From Blastocatellia bacterium (GTDB lineage: Bacteria > Acidobacteriota > Blastocatellia > UBA7656): a DNA stretch of 64,000 nucleotides. A program made the translations under genes and the position numbers. This document shows positions 58,022-64,000 of this stretch, piece after piece (position 1 is the stretch's first letter; the number at the start of each line of letters is the position of its first letter). The DNA is taken from positions 19,034-83,033 of the forward strand of contig DASRIZ010000243.1 in NCBI GenBank assembly GCA_035649735.1. The letters run 5' to 3'. The notes below the pieces were generated by a model. That model was not told the origin of the DNA and made no database searches. It saw nothing but the letters and a program-made list of their open reading frames with translations.

Positions 58022-59053
58022 CTAGGCCTTTTCAGTTTGCTCGATTTGATAAACCGTCTTTATCGCCTGTACTGACTCGCGGCGGACCGCGCCTTTCGCT
58101 GCAAGCGTTTGCGGATCGCGCCAGTTGTCGAACGTCGCGACCTGATGTACGCAGGCGATCGTGCAATAAGGCGCACACGCCTTCTTCGTCAGGTACTCCC
58201 TACGAATATCCTCTTTTGTATAGCTAGTGAGAGGGACGCCAGGGTAGCCGCGTTGTTGCGAGCAGTAGTGTACAAGCCCGTCTTCGCAAATGTAAAGATA
58301 GCGAGCGCCGGCACGGCAGCGCCACTGATTTGGCTTACCGTCTACAAGGTTCTTCTGAAAACTGTTCCACCTGACGTGCCCCTTCTTGCCCAGGTCCTTC
58401 ATCTGAAAGTAAACATCACGCTCGACGCCCTTTAGCGGTTTGAGCGTTCCGAGTCCGTCGTGAATGATCCCCAATGAGCTCGAGTGGCCAAGTTCGACCG
58501 CGCGCCGACCGATAGTCCGGGCGTCTTCGGGGGTCTTTATGCCCCCTCCAATCACCGAGTTTATGTTCACCCTGAATTCGGCCAGTTCCGAAAGCCAGAC
58601 GAGCTTCTTGTCCAACACCTTGAGGCTCTTTTTGGAAACATCGTCGGGTTGTACGTTGTCAATGCTGATCTGCATGTACTCGAGACCGGCTCTATTCAAA
58701 TTCTTGATTTTCTCTTTTGTAAGCAGGTACCCGTTGGTGATCAGACAGGCCAGCATCCCTCGTTTGCGGATTCTGCCGACGATCTCCTCGATGTGCGGAT
58801 GCATCAACGGTTCGCCCCCGCTGATTATGATTGCCGTTGTTCCCAGATCCGCGAGTTTATCCAGCCGCTCGAACATCATTTCTCGAGGCACGGGTTTCGA
58901 AACGTCATCATATTCGTTGCAATAAGAACAAGATAGATTGCAGCGGCGCATTGGAATAATGTGCGCAAGGATCGGATGGTTCGTCGACGCCAGGCCCTTG
59001 GCCATGAACCTGTATGCGCGAAAATACATTTTTACTCGACTTGTTAGCTTCAT
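58022..59053 (-). CDS. Radical SAM protein with SPASM/twitch-like C-terminal Cys cluster
   Basis: 343 aa. [16 protein letters not shown], and C-terminal [30 protein letters not shown]. Confidence 0.8.
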   Translation of the reverse strand: MKLTSRVKMYFRAYRFMAKGLASTNHPILAHIIPMRRCNLSCSYCNEYDDVSKPVPREMMFERLDKLADLGTTAIIISGGEPLMHPHIEEIVGRIRKRGMLACLITNGYLLTKEKIKNLNRAGLEYMQISIDNVQPDDVSKKSLKVLDKKLVWLSELAEFRVNINSVIGGGIKTPEDARTIGRRAVELGHSSSLGIIHDGLGTLKPLKGVERDVYFQMKDLGKKGHVRWNSFQKNLVDGKPNQWRCRAGARYLYICEDGLVHYCSQQRGYPGVPLTSYTKEDIRREYLTKKACAPYCTIACVHQVATFDNWRDPQTLAAKGAVRRESVQAIKTVYQIEQTEKA

Positions 59054-59466
59054 ATGAAACTGTGATTGAATAAAGGTAAAGCAGCCTTCTCAGGGTCGGC
59101 CAACTGATAAAGTCCATACGAAGGCGTGATTAATGAACTGAGCAATTGATATACCCTCCACTCCCTGAACCCGCTTCTGCCGCTAAGTCCCTGCAGTTCA
59201 ACGATATATCCAATCAGTCAACTGGCAAACTGCGGAGCCTGTTACGCACAAATCAAGTTTTGACTCATTACCCGAAATGGCTATGTGAGCCTCTGCGGCC
59301 TAATGACTCAGCTCGGTCCAAGAGCCCGTGTTGCCTGTCATTTTGACCCGACTGGGTATCGGCGGGCGGGCTGAACCGTTCGAGACGCGCTCGCCCGACA
59401 CAAATTCACACGTTTTTTGTGAGCTTATGGTTGGAGCCTGGGTGATCGATCTAGCCCGAAGTCGTG

Positions 59467-61347
59467 CTAGTCATCCGCCACGCTTTCGGTAAACGTGCGT
59501 TTGTAGTCCTGATAGAACTGCAACTGATAAAGTCGCCAATAGAGCCCGCGCTGTGCGAGCAGGTCCTGGTGGGTGCCCGTCTCGCGTATTTCGCCTTTGT
59601 GCATCACGATTATTTTGTCTACGGATTGAATCGTGGACAGCCGATGGGCGACCACAATCGACGTGCGGCCTTCCATCAAACGTTCAACTGCATCCCGAAT
59701 GAGCAGCTCGGTTTCAGTATCGATCGAACTCGTCGCCTCATCGAGAATCAGGACGCGAGGATCAAACGCCAGCGCGCGTGCGAAGCTGATGAGTTGTTTC
59801 TGGCCAACCGACAACCCTGCTCCCCGCTCGCGTAATTCGGCGCCATATCCTTCGGGCAGTCTTTGGATGAACGTATCCGCGTGAACCTGGCGAGCGGCGT
59901 CGCGTAACCCGGCGTCACTGATTGAGCGATTGCCTAATCGAATGTTTGTTGCGATGTCCCCCGAAAACAGAAACACATCCTGTAGCACGATGCTGAAGTT
60001 CGCCCGCAATTCTTCGAGATTCAGCTCGCGCACGTCCACGCCGTCAAGGAGAATCTGCCCGCGTTGAATGTCATAGAATCTCAACAGAAGGTTGGTGATC
60101 GTGGTCTTACCGGCTCCCGTGTGGCCGACGAATGCGACCCGCTCGCCTGGTTCGACGGTAAACGACACATCTTTTAATATCCAATCTTCGTCGTGATAGG
60201 CAAACCAGACGTTCCGGAACTCTATGTGACCGCGTGCGCGTCCTATGCTCACCGGTTTTTCCGGGGATGAAATGGTGATCGGTTCGTCGAGCAGTTTGAA
60301 GATTCGCTCCGATGACGCCATCGCCGATTGTAGAATGTTGTACTTCTCGCTTATGTCGGAAATCGGCTCGTAGAACATTCTCGCCAGCTGGATGAACGCT
60401 ACGAGCGTACCGATCGTCGCTGTTCCGCGGATAACTTCGCCCCCGCCGTACCAGATAATCAGTCCGATACCGATTGACCCAATGATCTCGACCGCCGGGT
60501 AGAACACCGCGTAATAAAAAATCGTTTCGATGTTTGCCTTACGATGGGCCTGGTTGATGTCGTCGAACTTGCGCAGCTCCTTTTCTTCGCGGTTGAACAA
60601 TTGAACGACCGGCATTCCGGTGATGTGCTCCTGCAGAAACGCGTTGATGCGTGCGATGCGCACCCGGACCTCGCGGAACGACGATCGGGCCCCGCGTCTG
60701 AACCAGCTGGTGAGTCCGGCCAACAGAGGCAGGATCGCGAAAGAAACAAGTGCCAGCTTCCAGTTCTCGACAAACATCCAAATCACGATGAAGAAGATCA
60801 TGGCCACGTCGCCGAAGATCGCTATCACACCGGCGGTGAACATCTCGTTTAGCGCGTCGACATCGGTTGTCAGTCGGGTCATCAGCCTGCCGACCGGGTT
60901 GCGATCGTAGAACTGGACCGGCAGTTTTTGCAGATACGCAAATATCTGTTTGCGCAGGTCGTACATTATGTACTGTCCCATCGTCTGCATAACGATGGCC
61001 TGGGTGTACTGAACCGCGAACGCAGCAACACTGGCGAGCAAGAATATGATCGAGATAAAAACGATCCCCTGATAAGCGCTTTCGCCGAAACCAAATCGAC
61101 CGGCGAGCTGCTTCAAAAAGAGCGCGAAGCCAGACGCGGGTTTTCCCGGATCGGGTGCAAGAAATAAATCGATGGCCGCTTTTGTTAGAGGCGGTCCGGC
61201 AAGAACCAACGGCGCGCTGAGAACGGTGAGCACCAGCGACGTCAAAGCATACGATTTGTACGGCCACAAATAGGTGAGCAGCCGGCGCATTAGCCGAGCG
61301 TCGTACGCTTTGCCGAGAACCTCTTCTTCGTGATGCGATTCCGCCAT
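59467..61347 (-). CDS. ABC exporter half-transporter (TMD-NBD), consensus Walker B / degenerate signature
   Basis: 626 aa. Six TM segments. Walker [10 protein letters not shown], signature LSVGQ, Walker [11 protein letters not shown]. Confidence 0.92.
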   Translation of the reverse strand: MAESHHEEEVLGKAYDARLMRRLLTYLWPYKSYALTSLVLTVLSAPLVLAGPPLTKAAIDLFLAPDPGKPASGFALFLKQLAGRFGFGESAYQGIVFISIIFLLASVAAFAVQYTQAIVMQTMGQYIMYDLRKQIFAYLQKLPVQFYDRNPVGRLMTRLTTDVDALNEMFTAGVIAIFGDVAMIFFIVIWMFVENWKLALVSFAILPLLAGLTSWFRRGARSSFREVRVRIARINAFLQEHITGMPVVQLFNREEKELRKFDDINQAHRKANIETIFYYAVFYPAVEIIGSIGIGLIIWYGGGEVIRGTATIGTLVAFIQLARMFYEPISDISEKYNILQSAMASSERIFKLLDEPITISSPEKPVSIGRARGHIEFRNVWFAYHDEDWILKDVSFTVEPGERVAFVGHTGAGKTTITNLLLRFYDIQRGQILLDGVDVRELNLEELRANFSIVLQDVFLFSGDIATNIRLGNRSISDAGLRDAARQVHADTFIQRLPEGYGAELRERGAGLSVGQKQLISFARALAFDPRVLILDEATSSIDTETELLIRDAVERLMEGRTSIVVAHRLSTIQSVDKIIVMHKGEIRETGTHQDLLAQRGLYWRLYQLQFYQDYKRTFTESVADD

Positions 61348-61469
61348 GATAGGGGATAGGGGATAGGTTATAGGGGACAGGTTACAGGCAACACAGGCGA
61401 GAGGTTACAGGTGACCTGTAACCTATTCCCTGTAACCTGTAACCTATCCCCTGTAATCTGTAACCTATC
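61348..61469. repeat. Heptamer-armed long hairpin (AGGGGAT/AGGTTAC units) between the two ABC genes
   Basis: Left arm 61348-61412, right arm 61414-61469. The centre is AGGTTACAGGT-G-ACCTGTAACCT. Confidence 0.9.
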
Positions 61470-61474
61470 ATTTC

Positions 61475-63217
61475 TCAACTCGCCGCAAGCTCTTCTTCCA
61501 ACAGCTGCTTCTCGTACAACTCGGCGTAAAGCCCTCCGCTGGCAATCAATGAATCATGAGTGCCGCGTTCGGAGATTCGCCCGTCGTCGAGTACCACGAT
61601 CAAGTCCGCATCCTTGACCGTCGATACTCGATGCGACACGATCAAGCTCGTACGGCCGCTCATGATGTTTCGCAGGTGCCCGAGTATCTTCTCCTCCGTG
61701 TATGTGTCCACCGACGACAGCGCGTCATCCAGAATCAGAATTCGAGGCCTTCGAATCAATGCGCGGGCGATTGCTGTGCGTTGCTTTTGCCCGCCTGAGA
61801 GAGTGATACCCCGTTCGCCAACCAGGGTTTCGAATCCTTCGGGGAACTCGCGGATGTCATCCGCTATTCCGGCTTCGATCGCCGCTCGCTCGATGTCATC
61901 GGCGCTCGCGTGCTCGACCCCGAACGCGATGTTTTCGGCGATGGTTTCGCTGAACAGGAACGTCTCCTGAGGCACATAGCCGATCGACGTTCGCAAAACC
62001 GACAGCGGGATCTCGCGGATAGACTTGCCGTCTATGAGCACCTGTCCCTCCTCGGCCTCGAGCAGCCGGGTGACCAGGTTCATCAGCGTCGATTTCCCGG
62101 ACCCGACTCCGCCGACGAAGGCGACCGTCTGACCGGCATCGATATGAAGGTTGATGCCTTTTAAAGCCGGGTCGCGCGCCTCACCGTAGGTAAGGGTCAG
62201 ATCGCGGAACTCAATCTCGCCGCGAATCGCGTCGATTCCGCTAGCGCGATCGGCGTCCCTGATTGCCGGCTCGATTGACATGATGTGATGCATGCGTCCC
62301 ATCGAAGCCATGCCTCGCTGGAAGATATTTATCACCCAACCGAGAGCGATCATCGGCCACACCAGCAGACCGAGATACAGAGTGAACTGAACGAACTCGC
62401 CGATAGATATCGTTCCGCTGATGACCAGATGCCCGCCGTACCACAGGACTGCGATGAACCCAAGACCGATAAAGAACTGCAGGATCGGGTGAAAAATCCC
62501 AGACAGCCTTATGAGCTGCAGATTACGATCGACGAACTCCCGGTTGACCTGTTTGAAGCTCTCTATCTCCGCTTCTTCCTGGGTGTAGGCCCGAATTACC
62601 CGCACGCCCGCGAGCGATTCCTGCGCGCGGTTTGAAACCGTTCCGAAGTACTCCTGGACCTTCTCGAACCGATCGTGTATCCGCTTAGAAAAGTAATTAG
62701 TGGCAGTGACAACGAGCGGCATTGACAGGAATGCAAGCAGCGTTAGTCGCCAGTTTATGGAAGCCATCAGCGGGATCAACAACGCCATCGCGAAAATCGT
62801 GTTCATCGAATACATTAACGCAGGCCCGACGATCATCCTCACTGCCGACAGATCGTTGGTTGCGCGTGCCATCAAATCACCTGTTCGATGCGTTTGATAA
62901 AACTCGAATGGAAGTTTTTGGAGGTGTTCGTAGAAATCGTTCCGCAAATCGTACTCGATGTTTCGCGACATATTGATGAGCAGACGTCTCTGGGTGAACA
63001 GAAAAACGCCCTGGACGAGCGCGATCGAAATCAGCAACCCGGCGTAAAGAAGAAGCTCCGACTCGACGACTTCGGTTGCGAGGTCGTCAACCGCGTGACG
63101 GAGAACAAGCGGGGCGGCCACCTTTACCACGTTGGTCAAGAGGACGCAGGCTGAGCCGATGATCAGAATGCGCTTGTAGGGAGTGAAGTAGCTTAGAAGC
63201 TTGCGAAACGGACTCAT
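61475..63217 (-). CDS. ABC exporter half-transporter (TMD-NBD), Walker B Asp variant / consensus signature
   Basis: 580 aa. Walker A GGVGSGKST, signature LSGGQ, Walker B ILILDDALSS (Asp in place of the catalytic Glu). Confidence 0.92.
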   Translation of the reverse strand: MSPFRKLLSYFTPYKRILIIGSACVLLTNVVKVAAPLVLRHAVDDLATEVVESELLLYAGLLISIALVQGVFLFTQRRLLINMSRNIEYDLRNDFYEHLQKLPFEFYQTHRTGDLMARATNDLSAVRMIVGPALMYSMNTIFAMALLIPLMASINWRLTLLAFLSMPLVVTATNYFSKRIHDRFEKVQEYFGTVSNRAQESLAGVRVIRAYTQEEAEIESFKQVNREFVDRNLQLIRLSGIFHPILQFFIGLGFIAVLWYGGHLVISGTISIGEFVQFTLYLGLLVWPMIALGWVINIFQRGMASMGRMHHIMSIEPAIRDADRASGIDAIRGEIEFRDLTLTYGEARDPALKGINLHIDAGQTVAFVGGVGSGKSTLMNLVTRLLEAEEGQVLIDGKSIREIPLSVLRTSIGYVPQETFLFSETIAENIAFGVEHASADDIERAAIEAGIADDIREFPEGFETLVGERGITLSGGQKQRTAIARALIRRPRILILDDALSSVDTYTEEKILGHLRNIMSGRTSLIVSHRVSTVKDADLIVVLDDGRISERGTHDSLIASGGLYAELYEKQLLEEELAAS

Positions 63218-63229
63218 AACTACTCTACG

Positions 63230-63652
63230 CTACTTCCTTTCGTTGAGTCGCATATAAGTGAGGAGACCCTTGGCCGCGAGCTGACCCGATGAATCGATGA
63301 GGTCGCATTCAGCCACGACGATTCGCCGGCCGTCGCGAATCAGCCTTGCGTCGGCGATCACCCGGCCTTCACGTATTGCGCTGAGATAGTTCACCTTCAT
63401 CTCTATCGTCGTGAACCGGGCATTTGGTTCGGATGCGCCAACAATTGCAAAGGCTACCGCGGTATCAATCAATGTTGCGATCGCGCCGCCGTGCATGATA
63501 CCCGCGAGCTGGAGGTGCTGTTGCTTTACCTCGAGACTCAGTCGCGCGCGTCCGTTCTCAATTGAATCCAGCTCGATTCCAAGAGAACGCGGGAAGTGGT
63601 TCGTTTCGAACTTGTCTCGTATAAGTTGTAGTTTTTCCGGAGTAATTTCCAT
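63230..63652 (-). CDS. PaaI-family hotdog-fold thioesterase
   Basis: 140 aa. GIMHGGAIATLIDTAVAFA motif. 12 nt upstream of the ABC gene. Confidence 0.8.
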   Translation of the reverse strand: MEITPEKLQLIRDKFETNHFPRSLGIELDSIENGRARLSLEVKQQHLQLAGIMHGGAIATLIDTAVAFAIVGASEPNARFTTIEMKVNYLSAIREGRVIADARLIRDGRRIVVAECDLIDSSGQLAAKGLLTYMRLNERK

Positions 63653-63656
63653 TCGC

Positions 63657-64000
63657 CTATTTCTTCCTGGCGGTTATCTTTTTCGCTGCCGACACGCGTC
63701 CCGCCGCTTTCGAGTGCGCGCCGATCTTGTTTGTTTTCAAAGTGTTGAGTTTCGCTTGCGCAGTCCGCTGCCGGGGGGACCACTGATAAACACTCAAATC
63801 ACAGTGGCCGCGCGCATCAAATACAACCCCTTCCGCTTCCAGCATCAATCGTTGCCGATCGGGTTCGGCAAGGATCACCCGTCCAGTAGACACCGAGCCT
63901 CGCGAATTGATGACCCGATGCCACGGGATGTTGCGCTCATCGCGCGGCGTCGCGTGCATTGCCCATCCGACAAGCCTGGGACTGTAGCGCTCCTCGAGGA
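63657..64000 (-). CDS. Alkyltransferase-like (ATL) protein of the MGMT family, 5' end outside the window
   Basis: The frame stays open to the window edge (..EERYSPRLVGWAMHATPRDERNIPWHRVINSRG). PWHRV replaces the PCHRV active site. Lys/Ala-rich basic tail. Confidence 0.75.
   Translation of the reverse strand, partial: LEERYSPRLVGWAMHATPRDERNIPWHRVINSRGSVSTGRVILAEPDRQRLMLEAEGVVFDARGHCDLSVYQWSPRQRTAQAKLNTLKTNKIGAHSKAAGRVSAAKKITARKK

Overview
Densely coding chromosomal window with no transposase, integrase, CRISPR array, rRNA or tRNA. Gene content suggests an Acidobacteriota-like genome (inference): two acidobacterial-type VWFA proteins, a three-subunit SdhCAB and a Tes-like radical SAM enzyme.

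Gene order:
- Minus strand, 76-12595: sdhCAB, then a short KdpD-like kinase with kdpE, then a porin, two tiny membrane ORFs and kdpFABC.
- 12.8-28.7 kb: ankyrin/toroid-repeat protein, cytochromes c, an Fpg/Nei glycosylase, VWFA proteins, DUF2461, a PflX-like radical SAM, rhodanese, a DUF1111 di-haem protein, a TPR protein with a Fis-type HTH, and a 565-aa unknown.
- 28.8-33.9 kb: rimO-pgpA-nadD-like-cinA.
- 35.7-42.2 kb: hydrolases, a PQQ-type propeller, nnr and tsaE.
- 42.2-46.6 kb: rplM-rpsI-rpsB-tsf-pyrH-frr.
- 46.7-53.5 kb: a membrane protein, three tandem HlyD-type adaptors and a MacB/FtsX permease with no ATPase nearby.
- 53.6-55.7 kb: an orphan promoter-to-terminator unit and an MFS transporter.
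- 55.8-64.0 kb, minus strand: partial ATL gene, PaaI thioesterase, two ABC half-transporters, a SPASM radical SAM and a Tes/GDGT-MAS-like radical SAM.

Most unusual signals:
1. A family of intergenic hairpins whose arms are tandem arrays of roughly 7-nt units. There are at least eight two-armed and two one-armed loci, mostly between genes of the same operon.
2. The Tes-like / SPASM radical SAM / asymmetric ABC exporter / thioesterase cluster, a candidate membrane-spanning-lipid module.
3. A kdp operon led by a porin and extra micro-ORFs, with a sensor kinase lacking the KdpD N-terminal domains.

All family assignments come from motifs read by eye and recalled family patterns. None is verified by a database search.
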